From contig NC_058377.1 in NCBI RefSeq assembly GCF_018350175.1, forward strand, positions 60,760,001 through 60,824,000: a stretch of DNA of 64,000 nucleotides, written 5' to 3'. Shown here piece after piece: positions 1 through 13,420 of this stretch. Below the pieces are notes generated by a model. That model saw only the letters and a program-made list of their open reading frames with translations, was not told the DNA's origin and did no database searches. The stretch's first letter is position 1, and every line of letters begins with the position of its first letter. The position numbers were made by a program, and so were the translations under genes. This stretch comes from Felis catus (lineage: Eukaryota).

Positions 1-698
1 TTTTTCACTTCCTGATTTTTGTTGCTTTATTTAAAACTTATTTCCTTATCAACAGCGAGGGGAAATGGAAAGCTATTATTTTCTTACATGCTAAATTATT
101 AAGACCACTGGTAAAATGAATCATGCATGTTGGCTAATGATGCCTCCTGGAATCATGGATTTGAGCTATGGATACTTCTATTAGTGCTGCTCATTTTCAT
201 AGCCACTGCTGACCTATTTAACCTAAGTTAATTGACTTCACATGCATCTCTTCATTTTCAATCTGGCTTGAATGTCTTAATCTCTTTAAGAATATTACAG
301 TCTGTTATTCTGAATGGACCAGCATCATCCCTACTACAAGAAAAAGAACTAAAATTTCAAGCCTTACTAATAACGAATCACTATTATTTTTGGACAAAGT
401 ATTTACTTCTTTGAAATTCAACATTGGATTTGGGCATATGACTCTAGATATGCCATATTCTGTGTTTTTGCTTAAAGAAATTATATTGTACTTACTTTTT
501 ATGGCAGAATTCTACATTGATGACTCATTCAGTTTGGGGGCTATTCAGACTCCCTGTGTCTAGCACTATGAACAATACATTTTAGATATTTTATCTTATC
601 TAAGGAATCCCAGCCAGATTTTAAACTGACCACATGCTCTGGATTTTTGTATTTTCAAAATTTTGCTGTTTATGAATTTTTTCAGAATTGAGTTTCAA

Positions 699-832
699 GG
701 GGTACCTGGGTGGCTCAGTCAGTTCAGCATCCAACTCTTGGTTTTGGCTCAGGTTGGTTTTGGTGCTTACAAAGCAGAGTCTGCTTGAAACTTTCTCTCT
801 CTCAAAATAAATAAATAAACTTGAAAAAAAAA
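699..832 (+). mobile_element. CAN-SINE (internally deleted)
   Basis: ggggtacctgggtggctcagtc head, (CT)n, A tail, TSD agaattgag. Confidence 0.8.
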
Positions 833-1594
833 GAATTGAGATTCAGTAAATTGTGAATAATTTCTAATTTTTATTTCTAAGCTTTGCTGAAAACTCTATG
901 AGAATAGGACCTTTCCAGTAGTAGATTCTTAAATCAAAAGCAATTCCCAGCATCTTATGTTTACATGGTTGTTCTTATAATTTAATTTTATAAATGCTTC
1001 CTTTAATGAAGCCAAATTTCTTATTGCAGAATGAGCCCACATAAATCATCTAACATTAATACATATCCACAGTCTCTCTGATGCATCTGTACTTACATCA
1101 AGTGAAGACAATGAGGAAGAGACAAGGCTCTGAGGTCTCATTCACCTCTGAAGGAAGGGTATCTGTGAGAAACCCATTCTCAGGAGAGTTGTTTACCCCT
1201 CAGAAAAATCTATTTATTCATAAGGGATCTTTCTGGCTAATTGTTTTTGCTTCAGAGACACTCTGCATGCCTAAATCTACTTGCTCTCCCTTGTGGTTTA
1301 ATGTAGTGCAATTGCTGAGGTTGTTTTCTTTTTTGACTTGCTATGATTAATATTGAAATATATGCCAAGAAAATATAAATATTGAAGAAACATGGAAAGT
1401 GTATGAACATAGTTTTCACACCTGCTTTAGGAAGGAGACCACTGAAATCATTTGATATACTCTGGTATTGTAGACCCAGTTATTCCACATTGAGAAGATT
1501 TAAAGATTATTTTCTCCCCCCACCACCTCCTACAGGGATCAAAGCAAATGAATGTTATATTGAAGATAATAAACAACAGAGATATATATAGTTG

Positions 1595-1790
1595 GACCTT
1601 GTGGTCAGTTAAACATCAGACTTAGGCTTAGGTCATGATCTCATGGTTCATGAGTTTAAGCCCTGCATGGGGCTCTGTGCTGATAGCACAGAGCCTGGAG
1701 CCTGCTTCGGATTCTGTGTCTCCCTCTCTTTCTGCCCTTCCTCTTCTAGCTCTCTTTCTCTCTCAAAAATAAATTAAAAACATAAAAAAA
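1595..1790 (+). mobile_element. CAN-SINE
   Basis: Body ggtcatgatctc...gagcctggagcctgcttcggattctgtgtctccc and A tail. Confidence 0.85.
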
Positions 1791-2128
1791 ATTGAAAATT
1801 TTATTTTCTCCATATCTGTGGACATTAATGCATAGAAAAAGGAAGGAAAAAAATCTAATTTATACAGTGGTTTCCTATAGAGAAGACAGAAAGACTGAAC
1901 TTGAGGAAACATATCAAGGAGGACTTTCACCTTTTCTGTAAAATCTTTTATTAATAAGAGCATATTTATTATTTATTGTATAACTAAAATATAATTTAAA
2001 AGGCTTTTAAAAAGTTTTTTTCTTCTTCTGATTTTCTTATGGAAAACAGAGGGAGGAGAAAGGGATAAGATTGGACACCTGAAACCTAAAAGGAAAATGT
2101 GGTTTAATTTAAGAATTTTAGTGTCCTA

Positions 2129-2333
2129 TGGGTGCCTGGGTGGCTCAGTCAGTTAAATGTCTGACTCTTGATTTCAGTTCAGGTCATGATCTCATGGTTT
2201 GTGGGATTGAGCCCTGCGTTGGGCTGTGTGCTGACAGCATGGAGTCTACTTGGGATGCTTTTTCTCCCTCTCTCTCTCTGACCCTCTCCGGTACTCTCTC
2301 TCTCAAAAATAAATAAATACATATTTTTTAAAA
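2129..2333 (+). mobile_element. CAN-SINE
   Basis: Full head and tail; TSD aagaa(t/c)tttagtgtcct. Confidence 0.9.
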
Positions 2334-2679
2334 AGAACTTTAGTGTCCTGAACAAAGTCTAAAAGTGGAGATGAAGAGATGTTTTCTTGTTAGAATAGAA
2401 GAAATACAGATTCATTGGATGCAAGAGCAAATGGTAAGTGAGGAATTAAGGACGGTTTACTAGTTTTTGTCTTTGGCACCTGGGAAAATTTTTTTTAGTT
2501 ATATATAGTAGTTGGTTCTGGGAAGCCATTCATGGAGGAAAAAAGTGGCTAAAATTATTCTTAGTCAAGTTGGGCCTTATGCAAACTGGGATAAATTCCA
2601 GAGACTGTGATCTCAGGTTCCAAAATAGCCCTTTGCCTATGCAATTTGAATTGTTCAGATGGACTATTTGATAGTCCAA

Positions 2680-3480
2680 TATGTTCAGTTCAATTCAACA
2701 ACTATCACTGAGTATCTGCTATGTGAAAGGTATTCTGCTAGGTATTATAGAAGCTTCAAGGCTTTTTTTACTTAGGGAATTTATAGACTTGTGGCAGCCA
2801 TTTTATATTAATATTAATATATATTTATATTTCTAGTATTTCCATTTGTATGCCAAAAGTACATAAAGGCAAAAAAGATACTGGCAAAGTACTATAAAAG
2901 GTGAAATACAGGCAGGCAAGATCAAGTACCATTGGGCAATCATGAAAAATTTAATGACGAAGCTATTTAAAGATGAGCCTTGACATACCAGTAGAATTTC
3001 AAAGTGGAGGGTGGGTGTCAAGATTGAAGTAGAGTCAACAGTGAAGCTCAAGTCAACAGTGAACAGCTTTAGGAAAGTTGCATGTACATGAAGAAACAGC
3101 TGACTGCTTTTCTTAGACTGTGAGTATGTGAAAAGAGAGAGAGAGAGATAGATTAAATTTTAAAGGAAAGTTGAATCCAAATTTTGGAGGACTATATCAG
3201 AGATAGGAGCAGTTGCTTCATTTAGTTGGTGTATGAGAAGTGAACATGAAAGAGATACTTATTGTTTTGTTATTAAATTTTACTTGTGCTGTATATTTAG
3301 AAAATTAATTCAAAGGGAATGATGTGTGGTTTTAGGTGGAAACATCAGAGATACAGGAAGTCAGTTATCTATAGGAATAGGGTAACTGAGGGGTAGTGAG
3401 AATCTGAATCAATATTTTGGTGGTAGAAAAGATAAGATTGCCTTAGGTAGAACTAACAGCATTGTGGAGATATTTGAATT
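2680..3480 (-). mobile_element. L2 relic
   Basis: ttcaattcaacaactatcactgagtatctgctatgtg...tgctagg is an L2 3'-end signature, followed by purine-rich degenerate L2 body. Confidence 0.5.
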
Positions 3481-3585
3481 GGATGGCATCTAGTTCCACC
3501 CATCTCTAAAATTTCATGAGTTATAACTCCAATTTATGATCAATTTTCACTGACTTTGAAATGGGTCTTTATGGGCCAGTAATTG

Positions 3586-4530
3586 TTAAATATGAGTTCC
3601 CTTGGAACATACCAGTTTGAGCACAGATTTTTGAATCTGCTTTGTTTTCACACTATAAATGATGGGATTCATTACAGGGGGAATGAGCAAGTAAATATTA
3701 GCAATCAGTGTGGGCACATATGGTGGAGAATGTTTTCCAAATCTGTGAACAAAAGACAGGCTGATTAAAGGGATGTAGAATATGGCCACAGCCGTGATAT
3801 GAGAAATGCAGGTGCTGAAGGCCTTTTTCCTCTCCTCTGGGGATGCAATGTTGAGAACTGAGCGAATTATCAGGACATAGGAAATCAGGATAAAAATAGA
3901 GTCCACTCCAGCAGTAGAGATAATTGCAGTGAGTCCAAACGCACTGTTGATCTTTGTGTCTGAACATGAGAGCTTCATTACATCAGGATGGAAACAGTAG
4001 GAATGATGGAGCACATGACTGCGGCAGAATGATAGACGCTTGAGAAGAAGGACTAGTGGTATCAGAATGACAGTTCCCCTGGTAACGACTGCCAAACCAA
4101 TCTGTGCAATCCTTTCATGAGTTAGAATGGTAGCGTATCTCAAGGGGTTGGAAATGGCCACAAAACGATCAAAAGCCATAGCCAGGAGCACTGAAGATTC
4201 CATGAAAGTGAAGAGGTGAATGAAGAACATCTGTGATAAGCAGGCATTAAAGCTGATCTCCCTGGCATTGAGCCAGAATATTCCTAGTACTGTCACCAGT
4301 GTAGAGATGCATAAGCCAATGTCAGTGGTGGACAACATGGAGAGGAAATAGTACATGGGCTCATGGAGGCTTGGCTCAGTGAGGACTACGAACAGGATCA
4401 GGGTATTCCCAGAAAGAGCAGTTAAATAGAGGCAGCAGAAGGGGATGGAAATCCAGGCATGGGCCCATTCAAGTCCAGGCACCCCAGTCAAGAGGAAAGT
4501 AGGGAAAGTAGAATTATGGAAAACTGGCAT
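3586..4530 (-). CDS. Class I olfactory receptor, OR51 family (OR51F-subfamily-like), 314 aa, intact
   Basis: Intronless ORF with OR motifs: N-glycosylation NST, LHEPMYYFL, MAFDRFVAISNPLRY, SYCFHPDVMKLSC, KAFSTCISH, class I HRFG and PPVMNPIIYSVKTKQI. Clearly related to the OR51F1 ORF in this window; exact orthologue not recognised. Confidence 0.95.
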   Translation of the reverse strand: MPVFHNSTFPTFLLTGVPGLEWAHAWISIPFCCLYLTALSGNTLILFVVLTEPSLHEPMYYFLSMLSTTDIGLCISTLVTVLGIFWLNAREISFNACLSQMFFIHLFTFMESSVLLAMAFDRFVAISNPLRYATILTHERIAQIGLAVVTRGTVILIPLVLLLKRLSFCRSHVLHHSYCFHPDVMKLSCSDTKINSAFGLTAIISTAGVDSIFILISYVLIIRSVLNIASPEERKKAFSTCISHITAVAIFYIPLISLSFVHRFGKHSPPYVPTLIANIYLLIPPVMNPIIYSVKTKQIQKSVLKLVCSKGTHI

Positions 4531-4589
4531 TATGGTTTGCAGGAGCTGAATTATCTTGTAATATCTTGATTTTCTAAATTTAGAATTTA

Positions 4590-4960
4590 AAAATTACTTT
4601 TTGTTAAAGTTTAATACACAAAAACTTAGTAAAGTGCACAAAACTTTAAAGTACAGCTCAATAAAGTTTGGCATCTATATGGACTCATATAAATCCTTTC
4701 AAGATCAACTGATAGACTATTACCAGCAACCCAGAAGTCTTCCTAATGCCTCATCCTAATCAATCTCTTCTCCTATTGTAACCATTATTCTGACTTCTCT
4801 TACCATAATTAATTTTCCCTCTTCTTGATCTTTATATAAATAGAATCATACAGTATATACTACTTGCCTCTGGCTTCTTTCACTCAATATTATATCTGTG
4901 AGATTTGTCAGTGGAATGAGATAGTTAATTAAGTTCAATTTAATTTCATACCTAGCTATG
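4590..4960 (-). mobile_element. Ancient L1M 3' fragment
   Basis: aagtgcacaaaactttaaagtacagctcaat...aatcatacagtatatact...ggcttctttcactcaatat. Confidence 0.65.
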
Positions 4961-5579
4961 AAATTGGTGTTTGGTGTGTATCACTTACTACCCTGGACTC
5001 TGATTAATATTTTTTTGTTACATTTTTTATCCTTCAACTGGATTATAAGCTTATACTTATTAATATGGTCTCATGAAAATAAGAGGTTATTTTTAGCTAA
5101 TCTTTGCTTAGTAGAATTCTTTGCTCATAGGAGATATTCAATATGTTTTTTGCTAATTTCTGTTTTATTTGCCCTTTCTGAAATACTCTAACCATGAGTA
5201 GATCCTGGCCTAAGAAAATAATTGGTTCCTTTTTGCCTTGGAATTTTAGAATTATTAAATTCGGATTCCAAGTGAAAATTTATTTTGACTTAGCAGAGAA
5301 CATCAGGGACAACCCAGGAATCTACTTTAGATAAGGCCAGTTCATCCTATCTCATGACATATGTTTATTAGAGGGAACTAGAGGGAAGATGCTTCAGGTC
5401 CCGTGGATCTGAAGTGTGATACTCTTTTTACTTTGTAAACTAAAATACTGCCTTGTTTACCATTATGGAACCTGCCTCTATTGTGGTAAAAATCAATAAG
5501 GAAATTGATAATCTTCTTTTGTAGCATTTATACACTGCTGTTTCACCTGGCCTATAGGGTTATTTGGATATAGATTATA

Positions 5580-5810
5580 TGACTGATAAGACCATGTTCC
5601 AGATGATGTTCTAAGTATTTTACATAGATTACTTCATTTGAGCCTTTCAAAAGCCTAAGAGAGAAGTATTTTTTATTTATTACAGATGCATAAAGTGAAA
5701 TTTAGAAGTTTGGACAAATAGCTGAAAGCCACAAAATCTGAAAGAACAAACGTTGGGAATCATAGAAAATAAGAATTTAGAAATTGTGCTATTAACAACT
5801 GCACTACATT
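5580..5810 (-). mobile_element. MIR relic
   Basis: gttctaagtattttacatagattacttcattt...tacagatg, MIR core. Confidence 0.5.
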
Positions 5811-6204
5811 TTCCAATGATAATAATAATGGTACCAATAATAATGATATAAGGCAAATGTGCTAGAGATATCTATGTCTGCAAATCTCCTAATTATTTAT
5901 CATCTTTATGGTTCAGAGTTGAAACAATTATTTCAGGATTGCTTAAGTATTATATGATTGTAAATAAACTAATGAGACTTGATTTTAGCAGATTGTAATT
6001 TCTTAAGCATATTGTTGGATGCTATAATTTAAATTAATCCACTGGATACTATAAGTTAAATTAACCCACGGTGTATATATTATAAAAATGAATTTATTGC
6101 TCAAAATATATTTTAAATCTCTTTAGGATATCTATTATTCCTTTAGAATCCATCCATAATAATTTCCATTAAGAATGCCCATTTTTATACAATTTTATCA
6201 TTAA

Positions 6205-6426
6205 CATTTTTTTAATGTTTATTTTTGAGAGAGAGAGAAAGAGAGAGAGAGAGAGGGGGAGAGAGAGAGAGGCACTGAGCGTGAGTCGGGGAGGGGCAGA
6301 GAGAGAGACACACAGAATCTGAAGCAGGCTCCAGGCTTGGAGCTGTCAGCACAAAACCCATATACCATGAGATCCTCACCTGAGCCGAAGTCAGATGTTT
6401 AATCAACTGAGCCACCCAGGCGCCCC
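6205..6426 (-). mobile_element. CAN-SINE
   Basis: Ends gagccacccaggcgcccc; TSD caattttatcatt. Confidence 0.9.
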
Positions 6427-6915
6427 AATGCAATTTTATCATTTAAGTGACTATATAATTTACTTATGGATATAGATAAAAATTAGTTTGACTCTTTTAA
6501 TAAACATGTTACCTACTTCTACATACTTTGAATTCCATAGGCAATCTATGAACAATGTTTTTATTCATTTATTTTCCTAATTGCATACTTATCTTTATCC
6601 TAGGCTAACTTCCTAAATATTAGATCCATGTATCTTACTCTGTAATTTTTCTGCTTCAGTACCTCAAAGTCCACTTGAGCACAAGATGACTGCATCTGAA
6701 TTAGTCCCCAGAACCCCTACAACTTGTATGTTCTATTTTCCTCAGTTTGATAATAGCTCATGGTAGCTTGATGTGCCAGGCTGCCTGATCCAGAAATCTG
6801 AATGTATTTCCACCTCCCATCTGTTGATCATCAATTTCTGTCGGTACTGCAACTGTTTGTAATTCATACAGCATATTGCTCTCACAATTTTGTTTCTAAG
6901 AATTACAGTAGACTT

Positions 6916-7158
6916 TATTTTATTTTATTTTATTTTTTTTTAATTTTTTTTTTCAACGTTTATTTATTTTTTTGGGACAGAGAGAGACAGAGCATGAATG
7001 GGGGAGGGGCAGAGAGAGAGGGAGACACAGAATCGGAAACAGGCTCCAGGCTCTGAGCCATCAGCCCAGAGCCCGACACGGGGCTCGAACTCCCGGACCG
7101 CGAGATCGTGACCTGGCTGAAGTCGGACGCCCAACCGACTGCGCCACCCAGGCGCCCC
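6916..7158 (-). mobile_element. Young felid SINE (SINEC_Fc-like)
   Basis: CpG-rich, close to consensus; TSD taca(g/a)tagacttta. Confidence 0.92.
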
Positions 7159-8424
7159 ATACAATAGACTTTAATTATAAAATAATTTTAGCTAGTACTG
7201 TCTGAAACAGTCTCCCCCAGTTTTCTATTACATTTTCAAGGAAGATAAAGGATGAAAGGAACAGACCAAAGAAGTACTAATGCTAAAACTGATATCCTAC
7301 ATCTGAGATATTTTGAGGGTGATTAACTCCTAACTAAGGAATATGAGATCAGTTAAGTCAAAATATAGGATAGCACTTGGGTAATCAAAGAAAGGGTAAA
7401 ATTCCTCTGTTCTTTTAGGAAGAAGAATTGAAGTCTGATCTTCTAGATTAGTAGTCATTGCATATAAAGAAAGGTCTGGAGTTATATCCTGCTGCAGAGG
7501 AAAATCAGTTACCATCACACGATGGTCTGCCAAAACAATGAATAGCAACATAATCTCCCTGGAAAGACAAAATGCTGTTCCTATGATTGAAAATGTTGTA
7601 GATTCAATTAATTAAATTAATTTATGTATTCATTCACAGAAAACTATTTAAAAGAGTCCTTCATTGTATCTTACCGAATTTAGAAGCGGTGTCTGTGGAA
7701 TGTTACAAAGTTAACCACCTACATGGAGAGGAAGAAGTGCCTGCATGCTATGAACATGCTGACCTGAGAGGCACACTGGTCTTCATGTCCCGGGCCTGGG
7801 CTGAAACATGTACTAGGTGAAAGGTTGGAAGATTAATGAGAGAATAGTCCTAATATTCTTAGTGAGAAGAGAAATTAATATTGAGCCAGATTCTTTGCCC
7901 CACATAGCTCTACCTGTCATTGCTTTAATTGAATAGCACCATGAATAGGCTGTGACTAACATTCCTAGATTTTTTGTGAGAAGATTTTGGTTTTGGAGTG
8001 AAGGTTCCCCTAGACAGACATAACAGGACCAGTGTGTGAATCCAGGTCTGTCTGGCTCTCTAGATATGCTCATTTCACTGTGCCATACTGCTTCTGGTGT
8101 TCAGACAAAATGAAAAAGAAACAAATCAGATTGCTGAAGACTGAATGGAATGAATGTGCTACAGTAGGCATAAACCAATTAGAAACAGAAGTAAAACAAT
8201 GGTAAGGATGTGCCAGTGATTTTGGTTATTATATGTGTCAGGAAATATATACATAGAAGAAGCACAGCTTTGCTATGATTAGCTAAATAGTTGAAAACAA
8301 AATGTCTTTATGGAATTTGGAATTTTTGAGTAGGTATCAGGTTCATGGAAGTGAACTAAAGAATGGAGAGCAAGTATAATCGTTGGCTCCAAGGGTTTGG
8401 AGACCAGAGACCTGTGGTAGGTGG

Positions 8425-8790
8425 AGAGAGTCTTACCTTTCAAGATGTGGAGAATTACAGAGGATACAATACCAGAGACTAAATGAATTGTTGTCTTTAA
8501 CTTCCCTTCCAAGAAACTCTTCCTTGGGTTTAAGCTAAATTACTCATGATGGAGCTTAAAGTCATCAGATACATTTTATTATAGAGACAACTAAGTAGTG
8601 GTGCTGATCTGAGACCAGCTGCTTGACTTGGCCTTTAGATAGGGAGGAGAGCTTCTTTTATCCTTACTTAGAGTGGGGTATATGAAGGTCACCTATTTAC
8701 CTCTCCGTATGGAAAATTTTTACAAAGGACTTTGATGGTGTAGCCATTTACCCAACTGGGATAAATACACCCTTGGGGGATTTCTGTGTT
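8425..8790 (-). promoter_or_regulatory. Possible first exon/promoter of the OR51F-like gene
   Basis: Donor-like GAAAG|GTAAGA near 8437 and O/E-like TCCCCCAAGGG near 8770-8781, about 4 kb upstream of the CDS. Confidence 0.3.
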
Positions 8791-10418
8791 AGTTTACTGT
8801 GCTTCACCTCTCTGCCCCAAGTTATTTAGCTAGCACCAGGAAATGCGGATGCTCTGACAAGAGAAAAAGGACCAAAATAAATAAATAAATAAATAAAATA
8901 AACATACTGACACAATAACTCTGTGTTTATGTGTTTTAATTAAAAATGATATTGAACATGAATACAGCATTTAAGATGAGGATCCAATATTTCTTCTTGA
9001 TTTTTATTCTATTTGTTTCTTGTAAATAATGAATTACACAGATTTTTTTGTACAACTAAGTGGAATAACAAATATTTTGAAAGTATTTCCAGGTAATAGC
9101 ATAGTGCCAAGTACATAGTACATATAAATGAAATATTTGTTGAAATGAGCAAATGGATTCCTACAATTCAGAAGCAAACAGTAAAATAGAATTACAATGT
9201 TAAGGGATTCCATGCGGGTTACACTTTCAATAGAAGAAGAAAGATTTGTCAGCATAGCCAGTCAAATGGAAGCAACTCCTAGAAAAAAATAGATTGGTTC
9301 TTCTTCAGGGATTATGTTAATTAACATTCGTATAGTGATTAATTTTTGCAAGTAATTTTAGGTACCTTATCTTATTTTGTATTAGTCACCCAGGCTAAAA
9401 CAAACATTTTTAATTTACCTAACATATACTGATAAACAGTACTTAACACAAAATCAGTGGTCAGTAATGTTTGTCAAATTAATTTATCGCTCACTCTTGA
9501 AGATCTATTTCAAGTCTAGAAAAGAGAACCATATAAATAAGCAAAATAGAAGCCATTTTATTAAAGTCTATTTGGTTGATGATTAGGCTAATTAGCTAAT
9601 AAAGTTGGTTAAATGTAGGAGTCATAAAAGTAATTTTAACCTACACTGATCATTTTATTTTAACTTGAGACATATATGTAATTTATTCATCATTGTTTGA
9701 TATAGAGTTAGGGTCTTTCAATGTAGTTCTGCAAATTGCAATTTTATATTATCTTCCTTTGTAAACCATATCTTTAATAAGCTGTATACAATTTCCATTA
9801 TAATAATTATGATGACTGAAGGAAAAGCAAGTAGCCTACAGTGTACTTACTGGGGGCAATTAGGATTTGCTAACTAGAGAGTGATCTATGAGTGTTCAAC
9901 TGGCTGCTAGCATTAGTCAGTATGTTTTACAGAGGGAATACATATGGCAAGTTTATTCAGTAGAACTTGCATGGGAATCTTTTTTTAATTAAGTTTTATG
10001 GTATATAAAGAGCTGTATATATTTACTGTATACAATTTGATGAATTTGGGAATACATATACAACTGTGAAAGGCCATAAATGTATTCCTCCCACCCCCTT
10101 TTGTATTATTTTATGTGTGTGTGTGGTAAAACACTTATCATANNNNNNNNNNNNNNNNNNNNNNNNNNNNNNNNNNNNNNNNNNNNNNNNNNNNNNNNNN
10201 NNNNNNNNNNNNNNNNNNNNNNNNNNNNNNNNNNNNNNNNNNNNNNNNNNNNNNNNNNNNNNNNNNNNNNNNNNNNNNNNNNNNNNNNNNNNNNNNTCAT
10301 TGAAAAAAAAGAACAGCAACAAAAAACAAATACTGGTGAATATATGGAGAGAAGGGAACACAGCATTGATGGGAATTTAAATTGGCACAGTCTTATAGAA
10401 AACAGTATGGAGGTTTCT

Positions 10419-10543
10419 TGGGGTGCCTGGATAGCTCAGTAGGTTGAGTGTCCGACTCTTGATTTCAGTTCAGGTCATGATCCCAGGGTCATGGGATCAA
10501 GCCCCTTGTTGGGTCTGTGATGACAGCATGGAGCCTGCTTGGG

Positions 10544-10588
<45 letters not shown>

Positions 10589-10596
10589 TTCTCCTC
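10419..10596 (+). mobile_element. CAN-SINE running into an N gap
   Basis: Head ggggtgcctggatagctcagt and a long (CT)n. Confidence 0.85.
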
Positions 10597-10819
10597 NNNN
10601 NNNNNNNNNNNNNNNNNNNNNNNNNNNNNNNNNNNNNNNNNNNNNNNNNNNNNNNNNNNNNNNNNNNNNNNNNNNNNNNNNNNNNNNNNNNNNNNNNNNN
10701 NNNNNNNNNNNNNNNNNNNNNNNNNNNNNNNNNNNNNNNNNNNNNNNNGATGCCCCTGGAGAAGAGCTTGGTCAAGTATTTTCAAAGTAAAACTTTTAAT
10801 CATAAAACATACAGTTAAT

Positions 10820-11024
10820 GGGGCACCTAGGTGGCTCAGTTGATTAAGCATCTGACTTGATTTTGGCTCAGGTCATAATCTCACAGTTCCTGGGATCCAG
10901 CCCCACGTTGGTCTCTGTGCTGAGCCTGCTTGGGATTCTCTCCCTTTGCTCCCCCATGTGCACATGCTTGCACAGGAGCACACATTCTCATGCTCAAAAT
11001 AAATAAATAAACATTAAAAAAAAA
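10820..11024 (+). mobile_element. CAN-SINE
   Basis: Head ggggcacctaggtggctcagt and A tail. Confidence 0.88.
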
Positions 11025-11184
11025 GAGCACTGGGTGTTATATGTAAGGGATGAATCACTAAATTCTATTCCTGAAATCATTATTACACTATATGTTAACT
11101 AACTTGGATGTAATTTAAAAAATGATAATGAATTAAAAATAAATAAAACAATAAAACAAAAAAACAGAAACAACAACAAAAAAG
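11025..11184 (+). mobile_element. Very short carnivore L1 3' terminus fused to a SINE tail
   Basis: gagcactgggtgttata...gaatcacta...tacactatatgttaactaacttg matches the L1 end at 38135-38225. Confidence 0.8.
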
Positions 11185-12229
11185 AAACATAGAGTTAAGT
11201 TGCTACAGACATTTTGTGGTTGGTTTTGCATATTTTCTTCAATTCTTATAAATTGTCCCAGGCTAGAAATTACGTTTTTTTAAGGTTTAATGGTATATAG
11301 CATTATTTGTTATTAGTAACAAAGCATCTAGTATTATATTGAATTCATAAAACAGTAATTGTCAGAATAAGTAATTCTTTAATATAATAAATATGAAAAT
11401 TTTATGGAGAATCTAAATGTAGACATGAGAGACATTTTATTGTTTCTATGTCTAACACAGATTTTTAATCTTGATTATTTTTTAATCATTGCTTCAGAAT
11501 ATCTGAATCTGTCTCTGCTGGCCTGCAGGAAAGATATGACATGCTAATAATATATGTGTTTATACTTTATAAATTTACGTAACTCTCTTGCTATTCATCT
11601 AATCAGTGATTTTGTAATCCCTGGTACTTTTGCCTTGAGGAGTTTTGCTAATGGGAAATTTTCAAATTGAAATTTTCTTCTGTTTAATCAATCATTTAAT
11701 TCTTAGGATTCTGACCACTGCCTTAAAGACATTTGTCTTTAATCAAATGTTCTTAATGTAATCTATTGGATAAAAAACAGGTATATGAGTGGTGTTGAGC
11801 AATTTTTTGGTGAAATATTTCCCCTTTTCTGATAGACCCAAACATAGAAGTGGGCCCAATCTGCTGGTCCTGTAGATGTGAACCTGATTGATCACTACTA
11901 GAGACTTAGATACCTGACCTAAGAAGGGTCAATCAGATGTTTTTCTCATAAGCATTTTTAACATTGTATTTCAGAATAATTTCTGTGTTATAGAAAAGCT
12001 GCAAAAACAATAGTAAAATTTTCATATGTCCTTCACCCTGATACTTCATTTCCTGAGTATTTGTAACTTCAAGGGAAGCCTGTGAAGACTGAGAAATGGC
12101 AGGTTTTTAAACTTCTCCTGAGCAGCCCATAGCTTCTCTGGCTTCTTTGTCTTGGGTTTGGTTGTTTGGCTCCTCCTTGTATTGCCCTACATACTTTCTT
12201 AATTTGATAGATGTGCTTATTATTAAGTG

Positions 12230-12590
12230 TGCTCTTCACGTCTCTGATTATCTCAGTAGTCCTAGTTCTGAGCTTTTAATCCATCTTCACATTCCATGGA
12301 GGTCGTATTTCCATGAGCTGTTTTCAGCTGTTGATTGAATATGGCAGGGAAACTAAGACAGGCCCATTCCTAGAAGGCACAGGATTCCTCTGACAGATGA
12401 CTTTGACTTGAGGATACCTAATGGCCTTGACTAACTCTGTTTAGAACTGCATGGCAGTCTGGGATGATTCTTTCCACCAAAACTTTTTTTCCTTATTTTT
12501 CTGTTTAACTCAAGGTGAAGCTTACATTAAAGTATGACAGTTCTTCCAGCTTCCTTCTTGTCCATTCTTGACTTCTTCTTGAAATGTTCC
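12230..12590 (+). mobile_element. ERVL LTR16-like relic
   Basis: caggcccattcctagaaggcacaggattcctctgacagatgactttgacttgagga resembles the LTR16 consensus as recalled. Confidence 0.5.
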
Positions 12591-13188
12591 CTAGCCCCTT
12601 GTTGGCTGTTTGTCTATTTTGCTCCAGGGATGTCATGCTCTATTAACCATCCCCACAACTGCTTTCACTTTGAACTCTATTGCGTGTTCTTTGGATCTTG
12701 TTGGTTTTTATGATAATTGCAGCCCTCTGGTTTTTGGTGATTATCTGGCCTCTGTTATGTCCAGACCTCATCATATACATGGATATTAATGAGCCTGTCT
12801 CAGTGACCTTATCTCCTGTTGTTCCTGGTCAGCAGAAAAGAGCTACTTCTCAACTTCTTAGTGATGCTGGTTTCATTTTCACAGCTCATTCCTAATGAAC
12901 TTAGTGAATAGTGTGTCCTCTAGGCCTCTCATGGAACACACCCTAGGGCAGATCTTCTGATCTTATATAATCTATCCATCCTGGTGTGCTCACTTTTCTC
13001 AGCCACTATTCTATTGCTTAAAGAATTGTTCATAAAAGAAGTAGAATCAGGAAATCAACATAGATTAAAAGAAAAAGAGGAAGGAATATGGTATTTTGGG
13101 GTGGGAAGTAGCAGAATTCAACTTGAAGTTAACCTGTTGCATTTGAAGAATGGTAAGAATACAAGTCTAGTTAGAAAACCTAGCTAAT

Positions 13189-13350
13189 TGGGGTGTCTGG
13201 GTGGCTCAGTCAGTTAAGCGTCCAACTCTTGGTTTCAGCTCAGGTCATGATCTTGTGGGTCATGAGATTGAGCCCCACATCAGGCTCCACACTGACAGCA
13301 TGGATCCTGCTTGGGATTCTCTCTCTCCCTCTCTCTCTGCACCTCCCCCA

Positions 13351-13394
<44 letters not shown>

Positions 13395-13420
13395 ATAAAT
13401 AAATAAACTTTTAAAAAAAG
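13189..13420 (+). mobile_element. CAN-SINE
   Basis: TSD gaaaacct(a/g)gctaat. Confidence 0.9.

Noticed and set aside
9980-10418. Opposite-strand L1 fragments on either side of an N gap
   Set aside because: It could be an inverted L1, but the junction is hidden by Ns and cannot be supported.
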